From assembly GCA_900128395.1 (NCBI GenBank), contig LT649249.1, positions 1-61,389 of the forward strand: a stretch of 61,389 nt of DNA, in the 5' to 3' direction. Both the position numbers and the translations under genes were made by a program. Positions 33,650 to 46,100 of the stretch are shown in pieces (within the stretch, counting starts at the first letter, position 1; every line of letters begins with the position of its first letter). The notes beneath the pieces were generated by a model, which was not told where the DNA came from, did not search any database, and saw only the letters and a program-made list of their open reading frames with translations. This DNA is from Stramenopiles sp. TOSAG23-2 (taxonomy: Eukaryota).

Positions 33650-35237
33650 GAGAGGTGTATATTGCCTGGTATTATAAAGTATCATATCATATGCATAATA
33701 TATAATAAATTATAAAATACATATATATTTGACTTTGAAAAAAATGGCCATCAAGAAATTCAAAAATTATTACGCTACGAAAAGAAAAGCAGACTGGCTT
33801 AAAGCACAATGGGTCAACGAAACTTGTATCAATAGGGATCTGCAAGCTACGGTGATCAAAACTGCGGCTTTTTGCCACAGCCGTGCACTTCGAGATCTTT
33901 ATCCGGATAGTACAACAGGATCTTTCACATTGACAAAAAGCTATTTATCAAATTATAAAATTGTGTCATCGAATGTTCGTAGGGAACAAATAACTGGCAA
34001 AGCTTGGTGGTATCTTTTTTACCTGGTGCATTTACAATACGTGGTCCACACAACGAAATACTATTGAAAAACGTATCGATTAGATGTTTTCCATTCATTT
34101 TTTTACCATAATCAATATATGGTAGAGAATTGATTAAATGAAGCATACCTCGATGCAAATATCCATGTTTCTTTATCGTTTCCGTCACTTCAACATACAA
34201 ATTATGCCTGCTATAATTACCACCTTGTGATAATGCGAATGGCACTATATCTGTGCGATCAATTTGACCGGTTGGATCTTTACAAACTTCTAAAGTGGTA
34301 TCACGGCGTTCTTTACAACATATATTTGGCCAAAACGTTTTAGAGTTTACTGAAAGTTGGATACAGTTTAACAATGTACTTCAACTTTACTCGTGTACAT
34401 TGCCAATTGGATGGAATATATAATATATATCGGTATAATTTCCAAGATACTACAATTTACGCATACTGGCATAATTTATTTTTTCAATTAATTAGCAACC
34501 ATTATTTCGAAATTATACATTATACATCAATTTATTTCATTTATAGCCTATCAACTTGGCAAAAAAAAATATATATTAGAGCGCTTTACTATTTATATTA
34601 GTCGTCTAGGATAGAATATTTATTTTGTGAGATTGACTATTGAGCATATATGATATTACTTTAGCACGTAAAATAAAACTATTACGAGTGTATTAACTCT
34701 TAGATTTTTAACACATCTCATTTAATTTTAAATATGAATCTCATCCAAATAAATACTTTTTGTCTTTTTTTTGTTTTTGTTTTGTTTTGTTATTGTCAGC
34801 CGCCTAGCTGGTCGGTATTGTCAGCCAGGTTACATCAGTAAGGTCAGCTGGTCAGCCTGGTTTTTGTGTTTTGGTTTTATTTTAGATTTATAGTTTTAGT
34901 TTGCTCGTTTTTAGTTTTGTGTTTTGTGATAGGTCCGCTAACCTCTGATTTAGTATAGATAATATTATACTACGGATGTTTAGTTCATTTTTTTTTGCCA
35001 GTATTCCAGTATAAGTAATTCAGTATGCCAGTATATTAATAGTCAAGATATGCACCTATTTATTATTATTATTTTTAGTATTTATTACTGGTAGAATAAT
35101 ATTATTATACTTTTTTTTTATTTAGTTAGTAATTATAATATTATTATAATCAATATAATATTTACATGTAACTGCATATGAAAACGCAGACAGTGTACAT
35201 AAAATGCACATACATAGTATTGTATATATATTGACAC

Positions 35238-35487
35238 AATAACATACAATGTTAGCGCGAATCAAGGCACTGAAAGAGGAGGAAGAAGCAAAAGCCAAGG
35301 CAGCCGGAAAAGTCGTTGCCCCTCCAGTAGTTGTGCCTAAAAAAGCTGCCAATAAAACAAAAAATAACATACAATGTTAGCGCGAATCAAGGCACTGAAA
35401 GAGGAGGAAGAAGCAAAAGCCAAGGCAGCCGGAAAAGTCGTTGCCCCTCCAGTAGTTGTGCCTAAAAAAGCTGCCAATAAAACAAAA
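35238..35487. repeat. Exact tandem duplication, 125-bp unit
   Basis: Duplicates the gene start (ATG at 35249 and 35374). Confidence 0.95.
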
Positions 35488-36438
35488 GTAACCCCAATTA
35501 AACAACCGTCACTTGGAGCAGTAACACCTAAGAATGCTGCACTGTTAAAATTGAAAAAAGGAGGGAAAACGGCAAAAGTGTCTTCGAAATCTACACCACC
35601 TAAACGTAAACGTCGACGTAGAGAGGGAGCTCTCGGGAAATGCATTAGGGGATGGAAAAGATATTGTAAAAAACATGGTAAAGGTTATGCAATTACAACA
35701 GTTCAATTACTAGTATTTCTATCAACACTTGTTGCTGTATATTTTGCGTTTGCTAGTCAATCTGGGTGCACCGTGACAAATACAAGAATTTCATCGACAT
35801 CCGATGGACTTGGTGATGGATTTTTACGTTGTATGGGGCGTTACGGTGGTTATTTTCAATGTAAAGATGGTGATACCAATTGGAAATGTGTACGAAGATT
35901 TAACTTGTGTATACCTCATTCTTGGTCTATTGGTTTTTTTAAAGATAAAGACTGTATAGATTTTGATGATGCTGTCAGTCCATCACGAGTTCGAGCTCCA
36001 CGTATACCACATGTATATAATAGTAATTTTTCCCGTAGTGATGGCACTTTTGTAGATATAAAAAGCAATATGTATTTTCCACAGTTGGGTCAAGTCGGTC
36101 CTCTTGCCTTGCCAGATACTTTGAGTAAAGGACTTTCGACTAATGCGGCAGGTACAGCAAACCCTATCCCACAATCATATCTAGAACATGATTATTTTTT
36201 TGGTATTTATACATTTGCATTAGTAGTTGGTAATAATCCTGAATATCAATTTTCTACAGTTCCCATCATGAAATGTCAACAAATATCGTATAAACTAGAT
36301 GATGAAACAACCTATACAAATTATATATATGTTGATGGTTGGTGTGAAGAAGGTGAAGTACAGGAAGAAACGCATCAACGTGCAGATCCCCGAATAGAAT
36401 TATACATTGAAATACCAAGAAATACTGGTGCGTGTTGA
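35374..36438 (+). CDS. Hypothetical single-pass membrane protein
   Basis: Basic N-terminus, TM helix (YAITTVQLLVFLSTLVAVYFAF), Cys-containing C-terminal domain; collapsing the 3' duplication gives ...RNTGAL* (stop 36539-36541). Confidence 0.75.
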   Translation: MLARIKALKEEEEAKAKAAGKVVAPPVVVPKKAANKTKVTPIKQPSLGAVTPKNAALLKLKKGGKTAKVSSKSTPPKRKRRRREGALGKCIRGWKRYCKKHGKGYAITTVQLLVFLSTLVAVYFAFASQSGCTVTNTRISSTSDGLGDGFLRCMGRYGGYFQCKDGDTNWKCVRRFNLCIPHSWSIGFFKDKDCIDFDDAVSPSRVRAPRIPHVYNSNFSRSDGTFVDIKSNMYFPQLGQVGPLALPDTLSKGLSTNAAGTANPIPQSYLEHDYFFGIYTFALVVGNNPEYQFSTVPIMKCQQISYKLDDETTYTNYIYVDGWCEEGEVQEETHQRADPRIELYIEIPRNTGAC

Positions 36439-36536
36439 TGGTTGGTGTGAAGAAGGTGAAGTACAGGAAGAAACGCATCAACGTGCAGATCCCCGAATAG
36501 AATTATACATTGAAATACCAAGAAATACTGGTGCGT
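36330..36536. repeat. Exact tandem duplication, 103-bp unit
   Basis: gttgatggttggtgtgaag...aatactggtgcgt occurs twice at the 3' end of the CDS. Confidence 0.95.
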
Positions 36537-36938
36537 TGTAATTATTAAATGTCCTAAAAATACATTAAAAAAATATATATAATTATGTCCTTCTTATATA
36601 AAAAATTCTCTTATTTATAATTTAAAGATTTTATTTACTCATATTGTATATCCTTCTTATATATATACGAGAAGTAATATAATTATACGCACACATACGA
36701 AGTTCGTATTATATATATATACGTATTTTACAGTGTCTGCTTTTTACACATTTTTGTACACATTAACTCGACCCCTTGTTTTTTTTTTGTTAAATTGAGA
36801 TATATTTTTTCGTGATATGATATTCTAGATCTAGAGAGATATAAAAGTAACACTCTGATGTCGGATATGCATATGATACACAGCTATAATTATTAGTACG
36901 ATTTATTTTTTTTATTACGTCTAGAATCTCTACGACTT

Positions 36939-37953
36939 TTACGTTCGTTTTTTGTGGAACGTTTCTTTTCTTCCTTCTTTGGCTTTTTCTTCTTTTTCTT
37001 CGATCTTTCTTTTTCCCTGGCGGCTTTGGCTTGTGCTAAACGACGATTTTTTTCATCTTCTTTTGCTTTTAATTTCGCTAGACGTTTTGCTTCCTTCTCT
37101 GCGATACGTGCTGCGACTCTACCTCGTCTCCAAAAACATAAGCTTTGGCTTGTGCTAAACGACGATTTTTTTCATCTTCTTTTGCTTTTAATTTCGCTAG
37201 ACGTTTTGCTTCCTTCTCTGCGATACGTGCTGCGACTCTACCTCGTCTCCAAAAACATAAATAATATTGTATGCCACCCATACGCCTTTTAACTTCTTTA
37301 TCGCGTAATTTTTTCTTACGCAATTCCTCTTTCTTAGCTGCATCTGCAATTTTTTTTCTCTCCATTATACGTTCATCGTCTAGCTCTCTTTGTTTGTCCA
37401 TCCACCATTTTCTTCCAAGGGTAGCTGCCATCATTTTATTTTGCAAATTAAATGCTGGATATAAAAGCATCGGGAATTCTGCATCCATGATGGTAAACTC
37501 GCCAAAGTCTATTTTTCCATCTCCATTTTTATCAAATTTTTCCATAGCGGTTTTTGCATTCCCATTTAACATATTATCATGCAGTAAATCTATCAATGCG
37601 GCCAATTCATCTGCTTCTATATATCCATTTTTATCTTTATCGAATATATAAAAGCAGAATTTCCTAACATCTTCACGTCCAAACATACAATATGTTGACA
37701 CTACAGTCATAAACTCACTAAAATCTAGCTGTTGATTATTATCTATATCTATCAGTTCAAATATACTATCTCCAAACAACGATCGCTTCTCTCCTAGCAT
37801 TTTATAGAATTCGTCTACATCAATTGCTCCACTTTTATCTTTATCATAGCTCTTGAAAGAAGCCCACAATCTTCCTAAATCTTTTTTTTCCATTTTTAAC
37901 ATATCTATCTGTTTTTGCATTTTGTCATCTGGTATTGGTACTTTCTGTCCCAT
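36939..37953 (-). CDS. EF-hand (calcineurin B/NCS-like) protein, putatively myristoylated, with charged C-terminal tail
   Basis: MGQK start; four EF loops DKDKSGAID, DIDNNQQLD, DKDKNGYIE, DKNGDGKID; after removing the 119-bp duplicate the frame reads ...AQAKAAREKERSKK...HKKRT* (stop 36939-36941); the raw ORF ends at 37078. Confidence 0.85.
37023..37260. repeat. Exact tandem duplication, 119-bp unit (frameshifting)
   Basis: gctttggcttgtgctaaac...caaaaacataa twice. Confidence 0.95.
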
Positions 37954-38130
37954 TTTTCACTATTTTTCTAGTTTTTCCCAATAAATATGCTTCGTCTCTG
38001 GAATAAAAATTTACTTATTTTATATATAATTTATGGTGTCCCATTTTTCACTATTTTTCTAGTTTTTCCCAATAAATATGCTTCGTCTCTGGAATAAAAA
38101 TTTACTTATTTTATATATAATTTATGGTGT
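37946..38130. repeat. Exact tandem duplication, 91-bp unit
   Basis: tgtcccatttttcac...ttatggtgt twice, over the EF-hand start codon. Confidence 0.95.
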
Positions 38131-38833
38131 ACCTTTGTTATTAAAATTGTAACAAACAACGGGCGTGTTCTTATTACTGTGTATAGTGTTTATTGTTGTG
38201 AAGATTATTTGTATTATACTAATATTTTAATTTAGGAGTTGGAATACATTATACATCATCATGTATTAGTATATATATTATCGCTATAATAATATACTAC
38301 TTAGGTACTATTATTATTAAAATATTGTTTGGTGAACCGATAAAAAAACAATGCTGTGTTGATGGTACAATATTTTGGGATAAAAAATAATAATGCTGTT
38401 GTTGTTGGTTACTGTAATATTGTGTTTATTGTAATACTGCTGATGCAGGGTTTAGGTTTCTTTTTTATTTTGTTTTCCAGCTTATTCTAATTCCATCCAG
38501 GCCGGCCCATTATTATACTTAGTATGAATTGCTATAGAGTCTAATTTCCTATTAATGTACTTAAAGGGTGCTGTGTCCTGGCTGTGTCATGTTGAAAAAA
38601 AAATCAGAGAAGAGAAGAGAAAAGTGATAAAGAAGTGCAAAAAATGAATGAATGATTATGATGGGCAAATTGCATGGATTGCTGGATTAGATTGCCAGGG
38701 ATTGATGGATTGATATGAACAAAAACACCAAAAAAAACATCTAATACATGTAGGTATATATAAAAATCAAAACAGTGTCAATGGAAATAGGAGAAAGGTC
38801 AAACCGAAATAATCATAAAAGCACAAAAAGAAG

Positions 38834-41677
38834 ATGGCGTCGTTAGTTAACAACAACAATGATGGTAATAGTGCCAGCAGCGATGACGATGGCGAGGAGA
38901 TAAAGCCGTATGGCGAAGGAATGGGATACGAAGATGATTTTTTAGCTGCTGATTTAGGTGGCTTGAATTTTAATCAAGAATATTCAGAGGAAGAAGAGGA
39001 AGAGGACGACGACGAGGAGGACAAGGACGACGACGGTGATGATGATGATCTTACCTCATCGTCCGAGGACGATGATGAAGATATTGATGATGCGGATCCA
39101 GAAGGGTTAGGTGATGATGGGGATGGTGTTATTGAAGATGAAGTCCCGGCATACTCATGTTTATATTGTGGTATTCATTCGCCAGACTCTGTAGCACAGT
39201 GTATTGATACTGGTAAATGGTTTTGTAATGCTCGACTAAATAATAATGCTGCATGTATTATTCAACATTTGGTACGGTCCAAGAAGCAACGGGTAAGACT
39301 GCATGAAGATGGTCCATTGGGAGACTCAACTATTGAATGTTATAATTGTGGAAATGCAAATGTATTTAATATAGGTTCATTGCCTACAAAAGGTCAAGAT
39401 GTTGTTGTCTTACTTTGCCGTGTATGCCTTGGTGAAACAGGTGCTTTAAAAGAGCAAGGTTGGGAAGTCGATAGATGGAGTGCACTGGTACAAGATAAAG
39501 AGTTTGTTGGGTGGTTATTGAAAGTTCCATCTGAAAAAGAACAGACTAGAGCTAGGCAAGTGACCGCATCACAAATTCGTGCATTGGAAGATTTATGGCG
39601 AAGTAACCCTAATGCGACGATGGAAGATATTAAACGAGAAGGTCAAACTGATGATGGTCCAAGTTCAATACAAGCACATTATGAAGATGCATATGAATAT
39701 CAAAATATATTTGGGCCGCTTGTAAAGCTAGAAGCTGATGAAGATAAGAAAATGAAAGAGGCTCAAACTCAAAGTAACGTTTCTATCAAATGGGAAAAAA
39801 GCATATCGAAAAAATACATTGCTCGATTTCATTTTAAAGATATATATGGGCATATAAGCACGGATTTTAGACTTGGTAAAGGTGATGAGTTGACAATTAA
39901 ATTAAGTGCCGTTTGCTCTGGAACTGGGAAACCATGGGAAGGGTCTGGATATGTTCTTGGTATACGAGATGATGGAGAGGTATCGTTGGAGTTGGCTAAG
40001 GGGTCTCCGTTGACTATGGTAAAAGATGGCTATACAATAGAATTTGTATGGAAGAGTGTCTCGTTCGATAGAATGCAAAATGCATTAAAAAGTTTTGCCC
40101 TTGAATCCCACTCTGTTAGCGGTTATTTATATCATCAATTGCTAGGACATGAAAATATTAAAGAACAAATTATTCCTACAAAATTGCCAAAACGATTGAA
40201 GGCACCTGGTTTACCAACGTTAAATCCATCTCAAGAGATGGCGATTAGAAATGTAATGCAAGAGCCTTTGAGTTTGATTCAAGGGCCACCAGGGACTGGG
40301 AAAACGGTCACGTCTGCGACATTGGTATATTTCATGGTTAGACGAAATCAAAAATTAGAAAAAAAAGATGGTGTCAAACGACAAATACTTGTATCAGCGC
40401 CTAGTAACGTAGCTGTTGATCAACTGGTTGAAAAATTGCATAAAGCTGGATTAAATGTTGTACGCTTGGCAGCTAAATCTAGAGAGGAAGTTGCTAGCAG
40501 TGTTGATTTTTTATGTTTACATACGATGGTACCAGCAGCAAACCCAGCTGTTGCTAAATTATTGCAATTAAAAAAAGAAATAGGTGATTTAACGAAACAA
40601 GATTACTCCAGATTATATCGTGAAAGACGGAGAACGGAATTAGATATATTGAATTTAGCGGATGTAATATGTTGTACATGCGTCGGTGCTGGGGACCCAC
40701 GGGTATTGGAACGTAGTATGAAACGAGGGAAAAAACGAAGGAGGTTTGAGCAAGTGTTGATTGATGAAGCGACGCAAGGTATTGAGCCTGAAACCATGAT
40801 ACCCATTGTAACAGGGGCGAAACAATTAGTCATGGTTGGTGATCACCAACAATTGCCACCAGTTGTTTTGAATAAAATTGCTGCAAAAGCTGGATTAGGG
40901 CAATCATTATTCGAACGCTTAGTATTGCGTGGCCAAAAAGCAAATAGATTAACGATACAATATCGTATGCATCCTTGTTTATCAGTATTTCCATCTAATT
41001 CGTTTTATGAAGGTGAATTGCAAAATGGCGTTAGTGCAAGTGAACGTCAATTAAAAAAAGTAAAATTACCGTTTCCACGTCCAGATCGACCTATGTTTTT
41101 TTATTGCGTTGAAGGTGTCGAGGAAGTTGGTTCCACTGGTACAAGTTATTTAAATCGTGAGGAAGCATATGCCGTGGAAAAAATAGTCACTGGTATGTTA
41201 AGAGGTGGTATACGCCCAAAACAAATAGGTATAATTACACCATACCATGCGCAACGAAGTTATGTATCCTCGTATATGGCTAGAAATGGTGTTATGCAAA
41301 CGGATTTGTACGATGATATTGAAGTTGCATCAGTTGATGCATTTCAAGGCCGGGAGAAAGATTTGATAATATTATCATGTGTACGTTCTAATGAAAAACA
41401 AGGGATTGGCTTTTTAAAAGATCAACGGCGGTTAAATGTTGCTTTGACGCGTGCTAAATATGGATTGATTATATTAGGTAATCCAAAAGTATTATCAACT
41501 GAATCATTATTATGGTACAATCTTCTCCAGCATTTTCGTTTACAAGAATTATTGATGGAAGGTCCATTAGTTAAGCTACGCCCAAGCCTTATTAATTTAA
41601 AACGACCGGATACTGGTAAGAAACATTGGCAAAATAAAAATTACTCGTATAAAAATTATGACAATAAAAAAGTGTAG
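38834..41677 (+). CDS. UPF1: Regulator of nonsense transcripts 1 (SF1 RNA helicase)
   Basis: CH domain (CLYCGIH..CIDTGKWFCN, ECYNCG), YQNIFGPLVKLEA, IQGPPGTGKT, IDEATQ, VGDHQQL, QYRMHP, FQGREKD, RRLNVALTRAK. Confidence 0.97.
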   Translation: MASLVNNNNDGNSASSDDDGEEIKPYGEGMGYEDDFLAADLGGLNFNQEYSEEEEEEDDDEEDKDDDGDDDDLTSSSEDDDEDIDDADPEGLGDDGDGVIEDEVPAYSCLYCGIHSPDSVAQCIDTGKWFCNARLNNNAACIIQHLVRSKKQRVRLHEDGPLGDSTIECYNCGNANVFNIGSLPTKGQDVVVLLCRVCLGETGALKEQGWEVDRWSALVQDKEFVGWLLKVPSEKEQTRARQVTASQIRALEDLWRSNPNATMEDIKREGQTDDGPSSIQAHYEDAYEYQNIFGPLVKLEADEDKKMKEAQTQSNVSIKWEKSISKKYIARFHFKDIYGHISTDFRLGKGDELTIKLSAVCSGTGKPWEGSGYVLGIRDDGEVSLELAKGSPLTMVKDGYTIEFVWKSVSFDRMQNALKSFALESHSVSGYLYHQLLGHENIKEQIIPTKLPKRLKAPGLPTLNPSQEMAIRNVMQEPLSLIQGPPGTGKTVTSATLVYFMVRRNQKLEKKDGVKRQILVSAPSNVAVDQLVEKLHKAGLNVVRLAAKSREEVASSVDFLCLHTMVPAANPAVAKLLQLKKEIGDLTKQDYSRLYRERRRTELDILNLADVICCTCVGAGDPRVLERSMKRGKKRRRFEQVLIDEATQGIEPETMIPIVTGAKQLVMVGDHQQLPPVVLNKIAAKAGLGQSLFERLVLRGQKANRLTIQYRMHPCLSVFPSNSFYEGELQNGVSASERQLKKVKLPFPRPDRPMFFYCVEGVEEVGSTGTSYLNREEAYAVEKIVTGMLRGGIRPKQIGIITPYHAQRSYVSSYMARNGVMQTDLYDDIEVASVDAFQGREKDLIILSCVRSNEKQGIGFLKDQRRLNVALTRAKYGLIILGNPKVLSTESLLWYNLLQHFRLQELLMEGPLVKLRPSLINLKRPDTGKKHWQNKNYSYKNYDNKKV

Positions 41678-42031
41678 TGTATCGTATAGTGATGGGACAC
41701 CAACAGTGATACGATATGACATATCATACGAAGTATATTAATGTGTTGTGTGCATGCGTAAATATGCTGGAGCTTTTGTATGATAAACAAGTGATGGGGA
41801 TGGGGCGTCGTATTATATGATAGTTCGTATAAAATATTTTTATAATACAGAAAGTAATATCATAAATGTACGTTTTTTTAAAGTTTTAAAAAGAAAACAA
41901 GATACGACGTATTTTTACAAGCATACACTATACGTAACAATCTATACGGTTCGTACCAGTAATCTATATATTGAATTATATATGCGTTCGTAAATATGAT
42001 AACAAATATATAAATATTTTTTAACATTGCC

Positions 42032-42349
42032 CTACGTAGTGGTAGTTTCAGTATCTTTTTTTTTATCATCTTCCACTGGTGGGCTTTTTTTTTTATCACT
42101 ACTGTCGTTCTCATCTACATTCAACATTGCAGTTAATTTCTTCAACTCTTCTGATTGATTTTCTTGGACAGTCCATTCAGGTGGATTTGCTCTCATTTGG
42201 GTAAATAATAGCGATACTAAATCTTCCAAAGATTCTTCTTCTTTTTGTTTATCATTCTCCGAAGATATCTTAGTATTTTTCATTTCATTTTCAATTACAG
42301 TTGTAGAAGAAGAAGTTGTCTTCTTATTATCTGCTGCTATGTCCGTCAT
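42032..42349 (-). CDS. Small acidic hypothetical protein
   Basis: 105-aa ATG ORF with coding-like composition. Confidence 0.5.
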   Translation of the reverse strand: MTDIAADNKKTTSSSTTVIENEMKNTKISSENDKQKEEESLEDLVSLLFTQMRANPPEWTVQENQSEELKKLTAMLNVDENDSSDKKKSPPVEDDKKKDTETTTT

Positions 42350-43117
42350 TATATTTTTGATACAATTTCGATTTTATGGAAGTTTGATTGGTAATATTTG
42401 ATAGAATACGTTACTTGCCTCCATAAAAATTGTTCATACTTTGTCCAATTACAATCATCCATAGTCCACAGGTTGTCTGGATATTAAAATTTAATATAAT
42501 AATTAATTTCAACAAATATTCATAAACAATAATGGCCATTTATAATTATGTGCATATTTAATATGCTTAAATGAATTAAAATCTATCAAATAGATTTTAA
42601 GTAAAGGTGTTTAAATGATTGCACTACCATTCAGACTTCGAGAACTTTAAGGGATCTTTGAAAACGAAACTTCGCCTGTACTGTTGCGGCCTGTATGCCG
42701 CCTAGAAATGAAATAAATTTATTATTCTTGAAAAAAAAAAAAGGAAAATCATCCAAGAAAATCCAAGAATATATTCATTAAAATCGAAATCGAAATCCCT
42801 CCTCGATTTTTCGTCACTCACCACTAAAAAAAATCTATAATAAAAAAAATCATCTTCTCTTAATCCATCCACCACCAAATAATTTTATACTTGGTAGTAT
42901 AGAGAAGATGATTAATCCAATTTAGAATACAGCCAATATTATTATAGATATATATATATAATATTTGTAATGCAGAAAATTTGTAGACGATATATATACA
43001 TATATATATATACCATAATATAATACTACTACGTTTGTGTGTGTGTGTATATATATATACATATGTTTGTGCGTGCGTAATAGAAATAAATATAAGGAAA
43101 ATATTTGAACAGAAAAT

Positions 43118-46100
43118 ATGCCACGCAAATTGCTATTGGTAAATGAAAATAAAGGCCCTAAAAAAATATCAAAATTATCATTTTCCATATTAGGTGGACA
43201 TGATATAGTAAGTGCTGGTGAATTGCAAATTATTAATCGTATTGGTAAATGAAAATAAAGGCCCTAAAAAAATATCAAAATTATCATTTTCCATATTAGG
43301 TGGACATGATATAGTAAGTGCTGGTGAATTGCAAATTATTAATCGTGAATTGTATGAAATTGGTAGTAGGAATCCAAAAGCAAATGGTGTTTTAGATAAG
43401 CGTATGGGGGTATCAAGACCAGATTCAGATAATGTGTGTTCCACATGTATGAAGCGTTTATCGGAATGCCCAGGACATTTTGGTTATATTCAATTAAATT
43501 TACCATGCTTTCATATAGGATATTTTAAACATTGCATTAATATTTTGCATTGTATTTGTAAAACATGCAGTAGAGTCTTGTTAAATCCGGTTGATAAAAT
43601 TACTCATTTGAACCGGGTTAGAACTACTGATAGTCACTGGAGTGTCGATTCGAGGGCGAAAAAAGATGCTTGGCACTGGGTAGTTGAAAAATGTAAAAGA
43701 ATCCATTCATGCCCATATTGTGGTGCAATGAATGGGGTAGTGAAAAAAATGTCAGGGCAAAAAACGTTAAGGGTTGTTCATGAGGTATATAAGAAAGGTA
43801 AAACGAAGTTGCAAAAGACTCGTTCGGAATTTTTGAAAACATTTGAAACGGCAATGAGCCGTAATAAAGATTTGGAGCATCATGTGGATAAATTAGAACA
43901 TGAAGATTTAACGCCTTTAAAGGTTCATAGCTTATTTAAATCAATTCAAGATTGTGATTTGGAGCTTTTATATTTAAGCGATAAATCAAGACCAGAATGG
44001 ATGCTATTCACAAATGTTCCCGTACCACCTGCATGTATACGGCCTAGTGTAGTGGATAGGTCGACCGGGGCTAGTAACGAAGATGATTTGTCTACCATGC
44101 TTGCCGAAGTTGTTCATATCAATGAATCATTAGCAATTAGCATGCGTAAAGGTGGAGCTTTGAAAATGTTAGCAGAACAATGGGATCATATGCAGTTAGA
44201 ATTAGCACAATATATTAATAGTGATTTGCCTGGATTGCCACCGGGTATGAAAACAAATTATAAGCCGATATATGGTCTTTGCCAGCGCTTGAAAGGGAAG
44301 CAAGGTCGTTTTAGGGGGAATTTAAGTGGCAAAAGGGTAGATTTTTCAGCACGTACCGTGATATCACCTGATCCTAATTTAAAAATAACGGAAGTGGGAG
44401 TCCCACAATTGATTGCACAAGGTATGACATATCCAGAAAAAGTAAATAGATACAATATACACAGGTTGCGTGAGGCTGTTTTGAACGGTATCAAATGGCC
44501 AGGAGCAAATTTCATACGTAAAAAAACTGGTGAAAATTTGATGTTAAAATATGGAAATCCAAAATACCACGCTAAAGCACTTCAAATTGGCGATGTTGTG
44601 GAAAGGCATTTGATTAATGGGGACATTGTATTATTTAATCGACAACCAAGTTTACATAAAGTATCTATTATGGCACACGAAGTACATGTGGTCCAAGGGC
44701 GTACGTTCCGTTTCAATGAATGTTGTTGCACGCCTTATAATGCCGATTTTGATGGGGATGAAATGAATTTACACGTGCCACAAACAGAGGAGGCGCGAAC
44801 AGAAGCAAAATTATTAATGGGGGTTGTACATAACATATGTACACCAAAAGATGGATCGACAATGATTTCTGCTACGCAAGATTTCATTACCAGTGTATTT
44901 TTAATGACTCAAAAAAATATATTTATGACAAGAGATCAATTATGTAAAACAGTTGTCGCTGCTGGTGATGGACGGGATGACATTGTTGTACCACCTCCGG
45001 CAATTTGTTACCCGGTCCATCTATGGACTGGAAAACAAGCATTTTCTATGATGTTAAAACCAAATAAAGACATTAAATCGATCGTAAATTTACAGATGAA
45101 AGAAAGAAATTATCAAGCAAGGCGTTCTTGTCCAGAAACTGAACATCCATGCATGTGCCCCAGAGAAGGCTATGTGTGGTTTTTGAATAGTGAATTAGTT
45201 TGTGGAAATTTAGGCAAATCATGCTTAGCGGGGCGTGGGTTGTTTTATTCCTTGTTGCGTGAACATGGGGAAACAAGCGCTGCGTGGGCGATGAATCGAT
45301 TAACAAAAATGTGCACTCGTTGGCTATCCGCACATGGGTTTACTATTGGGATAGATGATGTTATTCCACCTGCAAGATTAATGAAGGATAAAAAAGAGCT
45401 GATTGAGAACGCATACAAAAGTTGTGACGAAAAAATTAATTTATATAAAATGGGAAAGCTTGATCTTCAACCAGGTTGCAGCATGGAAGAATCTTTGGAA
45501 AGTGAAATGAATGGTATTCTTGCACGCGTCCGAGATAAAGTAGGTCAAATTTGCATGGAGGAATTGCCATGGTCCAATGCCCCTCGCATTATGTCATCTT
45601 GTGGTGCGAAAGGTAGTACATCAAATATCTGTCAGATGGTTGCTGCCGTTGGCCAACAACAAGTCAATGGAGCACGTGCACCAGATGGATTTATTGACAG
45701 ATCTTTGCCACATTTTGGTGTAAAAGAAAAAGGTCCAAAAGCAAAAGGATTTGTTGCCAATAGCTTTTACAGTGGACTTACTGCACAAGAATTTTTTTTT
45801 CATACTATGGCAGGTAGAGAAGGCCTTGTCGATACCGCAGTAAAGACTGCGGAAACTGGTTATATGTCTAGACGTTTAATGAAAGCACTAGAAGATTTAT
45901 CAATACAATATGATAGAACTGTTCGGAATTCACAAGGAAGTGTTATTGCATTTGACTATGGCGATGATGGTTTGAATCCTGTGTTTATGGAGGCATCTAG
46001 TAAACCAGTTCATTTCGAACGAATTTTGTCTGCAGTGTTGGACACTACCTTTATCGATGGTAATACTGCTACTAGTAAGAATAATAGCAATGGTACAAAG

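Noticed and set aside
43212-43240. GTG start for RPC1 from the ORF track
   Set aside because: A by-product of the duplication; the real ATG is at 43118
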